A stretch of 64,000 bases of DNA from Treponema sp. UBA3813 (GCF_002368605.1 NZ_DFEB01000027.1); one strand, 5' to 3'; numbered from the stretch's first letter, positions 1-9,600 are shown. Numbers and translations: made by a program. Notes: generated by a model from the sequence alone, not told the origin.

Positions 1-1210
1 CTTTGAATTCTGGAGAACCATCGCTTGGATGAACCGTACGGCGAATTGCCGCAAGGTAAAAATATGTCGGTTCTGTCACGCCGAGCACATAAAGCAAAGG
101 TTTCAAGTATTTGATTTCATATCCTGAGTTTTTTATGTATCCAGCCACCGAAGTGATCCCTTTTTCAGAAATTTCAGAGCTGAACGGTTCGATTTTTACA
201 TCAACGCCAGTTTCTTCGTAAAGATATTTTCTTTTAGCCTGAACCGACATTCTCGCCGCAGCAAGGTTTCGCGTCCAGTCCAAATCAAGAAAAAGGTTTT
301 CATTTTGAGTTTTAATTCCTGCCAGTCCCAAAGCATTTACCTGAGTCGTTGGCCGTAAAAGCGGAAGTAAGTAAGTTGAGCTTCCTGTAATTGGCGTTAT
401 CACACCATCAATAACCCATTTTGTAAAGCCAGAGCCATTCATTGTGAGGATATTATTCTCTTTATCATCCGCACTGACTTCGCGGCTCTGTCCTGCTTTT
501 TTCCCGTACAAAAAAATCGGCTTTCCGTTTTCATCATAGCATCCGTCCGGAACCTGTTTGATTCGTTCAAGATTTTTCTTAATTTCAGCGACCATAACAA
601 GATTTGCGTGATACTGCTCAGGATGGATGTCGGCATACTGCCATGGAAGAGACTTTTCTGTCAGTGAAAGAACAGAAGCAAATGAAGCCCTGTAAAAATA
701 ATCGAATGGAACTCCCACAGGAACTCCACGGGCTGCATAACATCCGTCAATCACATAATCTGCGAGAGTTTTATTTCCGCTGGGAGAAAATTGAACGAAA
801 ATCTCACTATCACCGGCAAAATAATACTTAATATGGACAGGCTTTCCCGTAACAGAATCACGAATCAAAATCCAGGAACCGCAGGCATCAGCAGGGTACT
901 CATCAACCGTTTTGTGCTGAACTCCGTCCTGAGTGTAAACATCAACGGCAACCTGAGTTTCAGGTGCTATGATTATTGAGAACAAATCTCTCGTTTCTTC
1001 AAGCCTAATCTGAAAAATCTGTCCAATAGAATTTGTACGAAGTTCCGTGCGATTGTGACGCAATGTTTCAAGTGGCTGCTCAAACCAATTTTCCGCCACA
1101 GCCTTTCTGATTACAGAAGAATCAGGTACACGGAAGCGGTTATTCTGTGCCGAAAGTGGCATAATCATACATATAAAAAATAAAATCAAAGCAGAGCGCA
1201 AAACTTTCAT
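1..1210 (-). CDS. Secreted conserved hypothetical protein, 3' end runs off the window (not in the ORF track)
   Basis: Manual translation is open from ATG at 1210 to position 1: MKVLRSALILFFIYVIMPLSAQNNRFRVPDSS... (signal peptide), later ...TMNGSGFTKWVIDG...DWTRNLAAA. The short track ORFs here are shadows. Confidence 0.85.
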   Translation of the reverse strand, partial: MKVLRSALILFFICMIMPLSAQNNRFRVPDSSVIRKAVAENWFEQPLETLRHNRTELRTNSIGQIFQIRLEETRDLFSIIIAPETQVAVDVYTQDGVQHKTVDEYPADACGSWILIRDSVTGKPVHIKYYFAGDSEIFVQFSPSGNKTLADYVIDGCYAARGVPVGVPFDYFYRASFASVLSLTEKSLPWQYADIHPEQYHANLVMVAEIKKNLERIKQVPDGCYDENGKPIFLYGKKAGQSREVSADDKENNILTMNGSGFTKWVIDGVITPITGSSTYLLPLLRPTTQVNALGLAGIKTQNENLFLDLDWTRNLAAARMSVQAKRKYLYEETGVDVKIEPFSSEISEKGITSVAGYIKNSGYEIKYLKPLLYVLGVTEPTYFYLAAIRRTVHPSDGSPEFK

Positions 1211-1311
1211 TAAAAAATCTCCCTGAAAACTTCTTAAATTTTACCTCTTAGATTTTCGGAATAATTTTTCCTCTTCTTTATGTAGAAAACCACTGATTTC
1301 AAGTCAGGTTA

Positions 1312-2220
1312 TTACCAGAAATCAAAAAAATTGTACCATTGATATGGATGGAGCTTACACAAATTCTCAAGATTTTTAGCATAATTTTCGGCCGTCTGTC
1401 TGATTCGCTCTTCCCGCTCTTTTCGGCTGCAATCAAAAGAAATAGGATTTTTTGAAACGAACATGTCATATTGTGGACTGAGACTGAAATCTTTCTGACG
1501 CAAACCAGTAACAAAATAAGTCGGACTGTTCAAAAGTGCAATCAAAAGAAAAACGCCATAGGGAAAATTCGCCTTTTCTCCTAAAAATTCAATTTCGATG
1601 TTTCGGCTGGTATGGGCGCTCACCCGGTCACCTGCAATCACCACTACCCCGCCCTGCTCAAGCCTTTCCTGCAAAAGAAGAATTGTCTCTGGCCCTATGT
1701 CATCGGAACTCACAAGATTAAAAGATGAATCTGGATTTATCTCGTTTAAGAGAGCATTGAAACCTTTTGAGATTTTCGCATCCGAAACTGTAGTGATGTT
1801 CATTTTTCGCTCGGTGCCGCTTTCCCCCATGCAGGCAAGTCCCTTCATCATCTGGGCATTTCCCAAATGGGAGATGACAATAATCGTCCCTTTGCCAGCA
1901 TTGATGTTGTCCACTAAATCATGGACATCATCATTTTGCCAATGCACATCGCTGAAAGAGAATTTTCCTGCCCAGCTCTGCACATTCTCCACCAAATTAA
2001 GGGCAAAAGAAGAAATGTGTTTAAGAGAAGAGCTTTTTCCGACTTTTGAAAGATATTTTTTTGAGACTCTGCGGGCTTTCGCTCCAAAAAGCCAATAAAA
2101 AAATCCGACAAAAAAGGCAAGAAAGCGCATAAATGAAGCCGGAAAAAATTTCAGCACAAAAAACATCATTTTGTAACCGAAATTATGGCTCTGCTTCACC
2201 TCGTACCATTGAGTGCTCAT
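1312..2220 (-). CDS. LpxL/HtrB-like acyltransferase (equivalent to the C-terminal half of ApeJ)
   Basis: SHLGNAQ, IAGDR, FLGEKANFPYG and the C-terminal HPYQWYNFFDFW are typical of this family; ATGA overlap with the upstream GT2. Confidence 0.85.
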   Translation of the reverse strand: MSTQWYEVKQSHNFGYKMMFFVLKFFPASFMRFLAFFVGFFYWLFGAKARRVSKKYLSKVGKSSSLKHISSFALNLVENVQSWAGKFSFSDVHWQNDDVHDLVDNINAGKGTIIVISHLGNAQMMKGLACMGESGTERKMNITTVSDAKISKGFNALLNEINPDSSFNLVSSDDIGPETILLLQERLEQGGVVVIAGDRVSAHTSRNIEIEFLGEKANFPYGVFLLIALLNSPTYFVTGLRQKDFSLSPQYDMFVSKNPISFDCSRKEREERIRQTAENYAKNLENLCKLHPYQWYNFFDFW

Positions 2221-2960
2221 TTAAAAATCTTTCTCCAGAGAAGAAGGGGAGATAATAAAATCATCTTGCAACAAAGGCGGGTAAAAACCCAGGAAATGCG
2301 GACATTGTCCCGAAAAGCATGGAAATTTGAAAGTCCGTCGCTGGGATAGGTGACTTTTACAGGATAAAATTCAGCATCAAGGCCAGCCCACAAAAGCTGA
2401 ATCAGGATTTCAACATCAAACCCCATCCGCTTGTCAAAGAATTTTTTTGTAAGGAAGCGGTGAGTCGCTTCGATCGGGTAAATTCTGAATCCGCAAAGAG
2501 CATCGACAATTTTATTGCTCCAAGTACAAATTGCGCACCAAGTATTTGCAAATTTATGGCCGCCTTTTCTGTGTCCGGGGGCAGATTCGTCATATTGAGG
2601 ATAGCCGCAAATCAGTTTTTTAGGATTTTTCTGGGATTTTTCGACAAAGAATGGAATTTTCGTGCTGTCGTGCTGACCGTCTGCGTCAACTTGCAGGACA
2701 TGAGAGTAGCCCAAATCTTTTGCACGGATTACCCCGGCTTTAAAAGCCCCACCCTTCCCCTGATTTTTGGCGAGAGTAACAAGCTCTATTTGAGGATGAT
2801 TTTCCTTAATCTGGCGGAGATAGGCCTTTGTTTCCTCGGCGTTTCCGTCATCAACGAGAATAATTGGAATATTGTATTGGAGAATATTTTCAACGACTTC
2901 CACGCAGGCTTTTCCGTGCCTGTAAACTGGAATCAAAATGCAGGGATTAAATTCTGTCAT
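2217..2960 (-). CDS. Glycosyltransferase family 2 (equivalent to the N-terminal half of ApeJ)
   Basis: LIPVYRH, LVDDGN, NQGKGGA, QVDADGQH (DxD), DALCGFRIYP and SNFHAFRDN. Confidence 0.9.
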   Translation of the reverse strand: MTEFNPCILIPVYRHGKACVEVVENILQYNIPIILVDDGNAEETKAYLRQIKENHPQIELVTLAKNQGKGGAFKAGVIRAKDLGYSHVLQVDADGQHDSTKIPFFVEKSQKNPKKLICGYPQYDESAPGHRKGGHKFANTWCAICTWSNKIVDALCGFRIYPIEATHRFLTKKFFDKRMGFDVEILIQLLWAGLDAEFYPVKVTYPSDGLSNFHAFRDNVRISWVFTRLCCKMILLSPLLLWRKIFK

Positions 2961-3304
2961 AAATTGTACGCTCCGCTTGAATAAAATTTTCCGTCAGCCG
3001 CGTCAGTCACTTCAAAAGTCACATGATTTTTTTCGGAATCGAAGGTGATTTTAAAAATCACGGTGGTGTCGGGCAAAATCTTGTCGCTGAATTTGAATCG
3101 CTTGATTTTCGGCGTTGAAAGGGGCAGACCAAAATATTTTGCCGCATAATGAGCCATCAAATCGATTTGAGCAACGGCCGGCAAAAGCTTGAACTGGGGA
3201 AAATGCCCGTCAAAATAGTCGCTTTGGGCGGAAATTTTCACTTTGAGAGAAATTTGGTTTTCGCTTTGCTCCAAAACTTCTTCGGGGAGAATTCCGTGAA
3301 TCAA
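2957..3304 (-). CDS. Hot-dog fold 3-hydroxyacyl-ACP dehydratase (ApeI/FabZ-like)
   Basis: YFDGHFPQFKLLPAVAQID and IKRFKFSDKILP; TTG start overlaps the upstream stop codon. Confidence 0.85.
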   Translation of the reverse strand: MIHGILPEEVLEQSENQISLKVKISAQSDYFDGHFPQFKLLPAVAQIDLMAHYAAKYFGLPLSTPKIKRFKFSDKILPDTTVIFKITFDSEKNHVTFEVTDAADGKFYSSGAYNL

Positions 3305-5388
3305 TTTTCGTCTCCGTCTTTGTCAGAAGTAAGGAAGAGAGCCTGAATCTCCGGCTTATGCTTTTTGCCCTGCACATCACAAGGAAGTTTTTCGAGATAG
3401 CGCCATTTTTTTGGCAGAACCACATTCTCAAAGAACTGCAAAAGATAGTCGTGGAAGTGGCGGTTGATTAAATATTTTTCAGTTCCGGCGAATTTCTTTT
3501 TGCCCTCTTCGTTGAGGACAAGGGCAGCAGCAAGATACTGGCGGCGGTCACTCATGGGAACAACAGAGCAATCAAGGACAAGCCCGCTCTGGAGCAGGCG
3601 GTTTTCCACCTCGGTGACAGAAATGCGTTTTTCTTCGATTTTGACTATAGAATCAGCTCGGCCTTTAAGCAAGAAAGTTCCGTCCTCGTACATTTCGGCA
3701 AGGTCGCCGGTTTTAAAGCCGGCCGGGTCTTTGATGTAGGGGGAAATAATCGTAAGGCAGCCGTCGTCTTTGTCCAGCCAGATTTTTGCATTGTCAAAGG
3801 GTGTCCAGACCAGGCCATTTTTTGTCTGCTGACGGTAGGCGATTCCTGAGGTTTCGGTTGAGCCGTAGACTTCAAGGGGGCAGAATCCGAAGACCCGCTC
3901 CGTGTCCACGGCAAGCTCCGGAGAAACAGCCCCGCCCGATGTGAAAATCCAGGGATTTTTGAGGGGAAGCTTTTTCTCGCCCATTTCGGCACAAGTTCTT
4001 TTTAAGAAGGCAGGAACCGCAATTATGATGTAAGATTCATCGTCCAGGACCTCAAATTCTTCGGGAAATTCGATTCGCTTTCTTCGGAATGGAACTCCTG
4101 CGGCAAAAGGCAGGGAAATCGTGAACAAAAAACCGTAAATGTGATGCTGGGAATTTACAGCACAAAGCTTTCGGCTGGCAAATTCTTCATACCATTTTGA
4201 AAGGATGAAAGCGTTATCCAGCTCAAATTCTGTCATTCGCTGCAAAACTGCTTTTGGATGCCCGGTGGAGCCTGATGTATATAGAATGATTTTTGTCTGG
4301 TCTGAGTCGATTTGCGGAGTCTCAAGTTTTTCGCTTTCAGACGGCTGGGCGGCCTCTTCCACAATCTTCGGGATAAAAAAGGCATTTTCGATTTTTTTGC
4401 CCTCAACTTCGGTCTGGTCGGTCAGGAAGAGGATTTTTTCGCCTCCTTGCATGTCGCTTTCTGCCCTTGCATTTCCGTTTACTATTTCATCAATGAATTT
4501 GGGGCTGATGTTGGCAGTAAGCAGGACTTCTTTTTTGCACTGCAAGAGAGCGATAAAAGTACAGAGGAAGTGCCAGTAATCTTCGCAATGAAGAATCCAT
4601 TTTTCGCATCTGCCAGAATTTTTGTCGTAATCAGTAATAAAAGCGCGGATTTTCGCCGTCTCAATCAGAAAGTCATTCCAGGTAAGGTATTTTTTGTCGC
4701 TCCACTTTCGCTCATAGCAGAGGATTTTTTCCAGAGGCCAGCTCTGGGCATTGAATTTTGTAATGTAGGCAATTTTCGGCATTTTTAAGTTCACCACCAT
4801 TCTCACAAGAAATTCCACGGCAAAAAGAATTCCCATAAGAAGATAGGAAATTCCGCCGTTGTAAATAGACCATATTTTATCACTTTTTGAAAAAACTGTG
4901 TACAGTGCCGCACTTCCGTTCAGAATAAAAAAAAGGCACCAAATCACCGTGACCTTAAAGCAATACTTTTCCACCCGGCGGGCAATGTGAGAGCGGGAAA
5001 GATTTTTCTGGGCAAGGCAGGCAAAGCGGAAACAGATATTCGGCGGCAAAAAAAGAGTGGAGGCAAAAGTGAAGAGAAAAACCACGTTCATCAAAACAGG
5101 ATAGACTTTGATGAAAAGCGTTTGCCCGGTGGCAAGGCAGACAAGAGCCGCAAAAAGCAAAAGCCCCGCGCTGACCAAAAGGCGGATATTTTTTTTAAGC
5201 CGGGCAAAAAGACCGCCGTCCTCCCCTCCCCTTCCGCTGGTCGCCAGAAGCAGATAAAGAAGTGCGATAAAGACCACGAAAAGTGAGAAAACCTTAACCG
5301 GCACATGGAAAATCACCAGGCAGGAAAAAACTACCAGCGGATAGAGAACAGAGAGAATTACAAAAAGAATCTTGGAAAAAAGCTTCAC
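3301..5388 (-). CDS. Fusion of a COG4648/ApeG-like membrane domain and an AMP-dependent acyl-ACP ligase (ApeH-like)
   Basis: N-terminal ~200 aa with several TM helices (LYPLVV, KVYPVLMN, VTVIWCLFFILNG, WSIYNGGISY). C-terminal adenylate-forming motifs YTSGSTGHPK, EVYGSTETSG, TGD, GRAD and GKK. Confidence 0.85.
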   Translation of the reverse strand: MKLFSKILFVILSVLYPLVVFSCLVIFHVPVKVFSLFVVFIALLYLLLATSGRGGEDGGLFARLKKNIRLLVSAGLLLFAALVCLATGQTLFIKVYPVLMNVVFLFTFASTLFLPPNICFRFACLAQKNLSRSHIARRVEKYCFKVTVIWCLFFILNGSAALYTVFSKSDKIWSIYNGGISYLLMGILFAVEFLVRMVVNLKMPKIAYITKFNAQSWPLEKILCYERKWSDKKYLTWNDFLIETAKIRAFITDYDKNSGRCEKWILHCEDYWHFLCTFIALLQCKKEVLLTANISPKFIDEIVNGNARAESDMQGGEKILFLTDQTEVEGKKIENAFFIPKIVEEAAQPSESEKLETPQIDSDQTKIILYTSGSTGHPKAVLQRMTEFELDNAFILSKWYEEFASRKLCAVNSQHHIYGFLFTISLPFAAGVPFRRKRIEFPEEFEVLDDESYIIIAVPAFLKRTCAEMGEKKLPLKNPWIFTSGGAVSPELAVDTERVFGFCPLEVYGSTETSGIAYRQQTKNGLVWTPFDNAKIWLDKDDGCLTIISPYIKDPAGFKTGDLAEMYEDGTFLLKGRADSIVKIEEKRISVTEVENRLLQSGLVLDCSVVPMSDRRQYLAAALVLNEEGKKKFAGTEKYLINRHFHDYLLQFFENVVLPKKWRYLEKLPCDVQGKKHKPEIQALFLTSDKDGDEN

Positions 5389-5631
5389 CTATTTTGTGAG
5401 CGGCTCAAGGATATCCACAACATCCTGAACTGTTTTGACAGACTTAAAGGCAGCAGGCTCGATTTTTGAGTTTAAAAATGGCTTTATTTTTACAATCATT
5501 TCGACAGAATCGATTGAATCCAGCTCTAAGTCTTCTTCAATGGAAGCTTCGGGAGTAATAAGAGCCTCATCAATATCAAAATCATTGACGAGCACTTCTT
5601 TTATTTTTGAGTAAAGTTCGTTTTTGTCCAT
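5389..5631 (-). CDS. Acyl carrier protein (ApeF-like)
   Basis: 80 aa, acidic, LELDSIDSVEM phosphopantetheine motif, FKSVKTVQDVVD. Confidence 0.9.
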   Translation of the reverse strand: MDKNELYSKIKEVLVNDFDIDEALITPEASIEEDLELDSIDSVEMIVKIKPFLNSKIEPAAFKSVKTVQDVVDILEPLTK

Positions 5632-5644
5632 TTAAGAGCCTTCC

Positions 5645-5911
5645 TTAGTTTGCTTTTGCCTGCTCAGCCGAAATATAAGCCGCAAGCGCATCAACAGAGG
5701 CAAAATGCTCCCGTGTGTCAGAATTTTCTGCATTGAATTTGACACCAAATTTCTTTTTGAGAGCGACACCAAGTTCAAGAGCATCGATAGAATCAAGACC
5801 GAGACCTGTTCCGAAAAGCGGCTCTGAATCTACGATATTTTCTGGAGAGATGTCTTCAAGTTCAAGGGCAGAGATAATGCATTCTTTAATCTGTTGTTTC
5901 AATTCATCCAT
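5645..5911 (-). CDS. Acyl carrier protein (ApeE-like)
   Basis: PLFGTGLGLDSIDALELG and HFASVDALAAYI, typical of aryl-polyene-type ACPs. Confidence 0.92.
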   Translation of the reverse strand: MDELKQQIKECIISALELEDISPENIVDSEPLFGTGLGLDSIDALELGVALKKKFGVKFNAENSDTREHFASVDALAAYISAEQAKAN

Positions 5912-5944
5912 AAAGAAGCATTATATAGAAGAAGGTTCTTAAAT

Positions 5945-6766
5945 TCAATATCGGTATTGTGCGTTGGCCTCATCCGAAAGGACTTCGCGTATTTTTTGGG
6001 TCATGCGTTTTGCCGCGATTGCGTTTGGCAAATCCTTAAATTCATCGGGATAAATAGGCTCTTTTATGTGCAAATCAAATGAATAAATATCAGTCGGATT
6101 GTATTGGAAAACTTTATCTCCCTTTCCAAGCCCTTTTTTGCTGTTTCCGCCGATATAGACAGGAATTACAGGAACACCCGTTGCAAGAGAAATTCGAGCC
6201 GCTCCTTTTTTGTAGCGGTTCTGACCATAAGGCGTGCTTCGTGTTCCCTCCGGGAAAAGCATAATCGTGTTTCCGTCTTCAAAATCCTCTTTCGAGCGGA
6301 CCAGCATCTCGTCAAAAGGAATTGAATTAGGCATATAAAGCTCATTAATCACGAAGCGCATGACATTTTTCTTTGACAGAGCCGCTTTGGGAATCACTGA
6401 AGTATGTTTGAGCTGGGCAAGCATAACCAAAGAATCCAGATAAGCCGAATGATTTGCCACGACGACGGCTGATTTTAAATTGTCCAGATAGTTTTTTTTG
6501 TCCACTTTTATTTTCATCAGGCCTGTAATTGAAAGCAGTTTTGTAAATCCCTTAAAAAGCACATAAATTACATGGCGGGTATGGTAGCGGAACTTCCTTT
6601 TGCTATGGAAAATCAACTTAAAAATCGGGAAAAACACAATCGAAAGCAAAATCGTTCCGATTCCAAAAATCACGAGAGAAAATACTTTTCCGAAAACCCG
6701 GTAAAAATAAAGAGGATAATTCTTGATTTTTTCTTCTGGAAAAAGAAGTTTTTTAGTCTCTTCCAT
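5945..6766 (-). CDS. PlsC-family lysophospholipid acyltransferase (ApeD-like)
   Basis: ANHSAYLD (NHxxxxD), FPEGTRS, YKKGAA and an N-terminal TM segment. Confidence 0.9.
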   Translation of the reverse strand: MEETKKLLFPEEKIKNYPLYFYRVFGKVFSLVIFGIGTILLSIVFFPIFKLIFHSKRKFRYHTRHVIYVLFKGFTKLLSITGLMKIKVDKKNYLDNLKSAVVVANHSAYLDSLVMLAQLKHTSVIPKAALSKKNVMRFVINELYMPNSIPFDEMLVRSKEDFEDGNTIMLFPEGTRSTPYGQNRYKKGAARISLATGVPVIPVYIGGNSKKGLGKGDKVFQYNPTDIYSFDLHIKEPIYPDEFKDLPNAIAAKRMTQKIREVLSDEANAQYRY

Positions 6767-6776
6767 AAATGTGATT

Positions 6777-7406
6777 CTATCTGAAAAACGAAAGAAAATC
6801 CTCCGGCTTTATCCGCAAAATTCTTTCGTCACTCAAATTTATCTCAATCGCACCCTTTGATTTTTCGCCCGAAATCAGGCAGGCAAAGGCAAGGGGGCTT
6901 TTTTCTATATAATTCTTGCAATCCTTGTATTCTTCCGGGATTTTTTCGTCAGCGTAGGCAAAAATCACCTGCTTTTCTGAGCCTGAAATTACGGAAGAAG
7001 CAGCGGCAAGCAAGGCAGAATAAAAATTGTCCTCACTGGGGTAAATTGCCGTGTAGCCCGCCTTCATTCCCAGGGCAATCGTTGCGGCGGCCGGCGGCGT
7101 ATTAAAGACCGAAAGAGAAAAGGGAGCCGGCATAACATCAGCGTCTTCAACCAAGCCCTTGTTGATTTTCAGCTGGCGGGCAATCTCCCCCCGGAAGGAA
7201 GCAAAGACAAGTTTTGAAGAAAGAATAGAATTTTTTTCTTCGTCACTGGCTTCAGTAATCAAGCCGTGGACAGCCTCGATTGTCATGCGGGTAAGCTGAC
7301 TCAAGCGACGGCGGAACAAAGCGTCCACATATTCCAACTTCGGCTGCTCTGCAGGATTTTCAGGAGAAGGTATGTATTTGGAAAATTTTGTTACATAAAT
7401 CGTCAT
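6777..7406 (-). CDS. Beta-ketoacyl synthase chain-length factor (ApeC-like, non-catalytic)
   Basis: RRRLSQLTRM, FASFRGE, PAPFSLSVFNT and YADE; a short KS N-terminal fold with no catalytic Cys motif. Confidence 0.8.
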   Translation of the reverse strand: MTIYVTKFSKYIPSPENPAEQPKLEYVDALFRRRLSQLTRMTIEAVHGLITEASDEEKNSILSSKLVFASFRGEIARQLKINKGLVEDADVMPAPFSLSVFNTPPAAATIALGMKAGYTAIYPSEDNFYSALLAAASSVISGSEKQVIFAYADEKIPEEYKDCKNYIEKSPLAFACLISGEKSKGAIEINLSDERILRIKPEDFLSFFR

Positions 7407-7437
7407 AATTATAGTTCAACTGTCACAGTAATCATAT

Positions 7438-7542
7438 AAACGGAAAACTGAAAACGGAAAACTGAAAGTTGGAAATTTTGATTTCCAAAATGCCCTAGAA
7501 CCGGCAAAACTTTCAACTTTCAACTTTCAACTTTCAACTTTC
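7438..7542. repeat. Two opposed heptamer arrays: (AAACGGA AAACTGA)x2 AAGTTGG and (AACTTTC)x5
   Basis: Arrays at 7438-7472 and 7508-7542; the second overlaps the 3' end of the methyltransferase gene. Confidence 0.85.
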
Positions 7543-8650
7543 TAAAGTTAAGTATTGAATAGAAATTGCTTCCCAAGTTGTGGTGTGCAGTAACCAGCTT
7601 GAAACCGGCTTTTTCGATTGCTTCAACAAGCTCTCCGTATCGGTACATTTTGCTGTTTCCGTTGGCGATACAGGTGAAATAAAGGCTGGTCGCCTGCAAG
7701 GCGTAGCTTTCGCCCTCGAATTTCTGCATGTCCCAGAGAGGCTCCATAACGAAGACATCGCAATTTTCGTCCACAGAATTGTAAATCTTGGTGAGGATTT
7801 TTGTAATCTGGTGCAGGCTGAAGCAATCCAAGAACTGGCTCATCCAGACGGCGTCTGCTCCGGCAGGAAGTTTAGTTTCACTGTCAAGGACATTGCCGCT
7901 TACAAAGCTGATTCGGTCGGCAAAACCCGCATCACGGGCGTTCTTTTCGGCAACGGCAGTCTGGCCCGGCAAATCCACGATTGAGACATGGACATCTTTG
8001 TCGTATTTGCAGGAAGCAATGGCCCACTTTCCGGTGTTGCCGCCAATATCGAACAAGTGCTTGGGCTTTTTCGCGTAAACAATGGGCAGAGCCTCCGGGA
8101 AAGCCACATCAGAATAGAAATGATCGAACTCAAACCAGGATTTTTTTTCACGCTCAGGAAGAGTTGAGAGAGCCTCGTAAACGGTAGTCCATTTGTCGCC
8201 AAAGACTCTAAGACCTTCAGGCTTGCCGTTTTTGATTGAGTCGATGAGGTTGAATGCGCCTTTATAACAAATGTCATTTGTGAAATTAAAATTGACTCTG
8301 GTACAATCGTCTTCCAATAAAAACCAGCCCACTTTTCCAAGAACAAGTTTGCCCAAGCCTGACTTGCTTTCATCGTCAGTGGCTTCGGGATTGATTTTAA
8401 GCACACCCATGCCCAGTGCCATTTCTGCCAGAACGCCAACGCCGTATTCAGAAATACCAGAATCGGCAGAAAGTTCTTTGATTGTGATTCCATCGTCGCC
8501 GCTGTCAGAAATTTTCTGTAAAAGGCCAAGCTCAATGAGGGCACGGATTGCCTGAAAAGTCATGGGGGAAAAGGCTATTTTCTGAGCCTCAATTTTTGCA
8601 TCAAAAGCACGAATTTTATCTTCGTAATAGCTTTTATTTTCCATTTTCAT
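7520..8650 (-). CDS. Class I SAM-dependent O-methyltransferase (ApeB-like)
   Basis: AQKIAFSPMTFQA, WFEFDHFYSD, FDIGGNTGKWA, VDLPGQ, WMSQFLDCFS and TSLYFTCIANGNSKMY. Confidence 0.88.
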   Translation of the reverse strand: MKMENKSYYEDKIRAFDAKIEAQKIAFSPMTFQAIRALIELGLLQKISDSGDDGITIKELSADSGISEYGVGVLAEMALGMGVLKINPEATDDESKSGLGKLVLGKVGWFLLEDDCTRVNFNFTNDICYKGAFNLIDSIKNGKPEGLRVFGDKWTTVYEALSTLPEREKKSWFEFDHFYSDVAFPEALPIVYAKKPKHLFDIGGNTGKWAIASCKYDKDVHVSIVDLPGQTAVAEKNARDAGFADRISFVSGNVLDSETKLPAGADAVWMSQFLDCFSLHQITKILTKIYNSVDENCDVFVMEPLWDMQKFEGESYALQATSLYFTCIANGNSKMYRYGELVEAIEKAGFKLVTAHHNLGSNFYSILNFRKLKVES

Positions 8651-8678
8651 AAATCGAATTATATGCTAAAATTAAATT
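8651..8678. promoter_or_regulatory. Back-to-back -10 elements of two divergent, probably leaderless, promoters
   Basis: Plus strand: TG-C-TAAAAT (8664-8672), 6 nt before the pyrB ATG. Minus strand: TATAAT (8663-8658), 7 nt before ATG 8650. The gap is only 28 bp and has no SD. Confidence 0.65.
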
Positions 8679-9599
8679 ATGTTAAAGGGAAGAAATTTAA
8701 TCAAACCAACTGACTTAACCGTTTCAGAAATCGATGAAATCTGTTCATTGGCAGAGCAAATCATTGTTGACCCAAATTCTTTTAATGATGTGTGTCGCGG
8801 GAAAATTCTTGCGACACTTTTTTTTGAGCCTAGCACAAGAACCCGCCTTTCTTTTGAGGCGGCCATGCTTCATCTTGGCGGCGCGGTGGAAGGTTTTTCT
8901 GATGCGGCAAATTCAAGCACGGCAAAAGGCGAATCCCTTTCAGACACAATCCGCACGGTCTCTTCCTATGTTGATGTAATCGCAATGCGAAATCCCAAGG
9001 AAGGAGCGGCCTTGCTGGCAAGCCAATATTCTGCCTGTCCGATTATCAACGCTGGCGACGGCGGCCACTATCACCCAACCCAAACCCTCACCGACATGCT
9101 CACAATCCGAGCCCTGCAGGGCGGCTTTGAAGGCCACACAATCGGCTTCTGCGGCGACCTTAAATTCGGCCGCACCGTTCACTCCCTGTCTGAGGCAATG
9201 GCCCGCTACAAGAACAACAAATTCATCTTCATCAGTCCCAACGAGCTTAAAGTCCCGGAATATGTCACTCAGGAACTGGACGAAGCCGGAATCCAGTACA
9301 CCACGGCTGAGCGGCTTGAATCTGTCATCGGCGACCTGGACATTCTCTACATGACCCGCGTTCAAAAAGAAAGATTCTTCAACGAGCAGGACTATATCCG
9401 CCTCAAGGACAGCTACATCCTCGACAACGCAAAAATGTCCCTTGCCCGCAAAAACATGATTGTCCTTCACCCTCTTCCGCGAGTAAACGAAATCGCCCCG
9501 GAAGTAGACGACGACCCGCGAGCTTCCTACTTCAAACAGGTCAAGTACGGAATGTATGTGCGAATGGCCTTAATCGCGAAACTGACAGGAGTGCTGTAA
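8679..9599 (+). CDS. pyrB: Aspartate carbamoyltransferase catalytic subunit
   Basis: [46 protein letters not shown] and HPLPR. Confidence 0.97.
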   Translation: MLKGRNLIKPTDLTVSEIDEICSLAEQIIVDPNSFNDVCRGKILATLFFEPSTRTRLSFEAAMLHLGGAVEGFSDAANSSTAKGESLSDTIRTVSSYVDVIAMRNPKEGAALLASQYSACPIINAGDGGHYHPTQTLTDMLTIRALQGGFEGHTIGFCGDLKFGRTVHSLSEAMARYKNNKFIFISPNELKVPEYVTQELDEAGIQYTTAERLESVIGDLDILYMTRVQKERFFNEQDYIRLKDSYILDNAKMSLARKNMIVLHPLPRVNEIAPEVDDDPRASYFKQVKYGMYVRMALIAKLTGVL

Positions 9600-9600
9600 T

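Noticed and set aside
439-979. Short track ORFs 439-636, 604-831 and 791-979
   Set aside because: They are off-frame or antisense shadows of the long minus-strand gene starting at 1210.
8651-8678. PyrR or attenuator-type leader before pyrB
   Set aside because: Only 28 bp separate the divergent starts, leaving no room.
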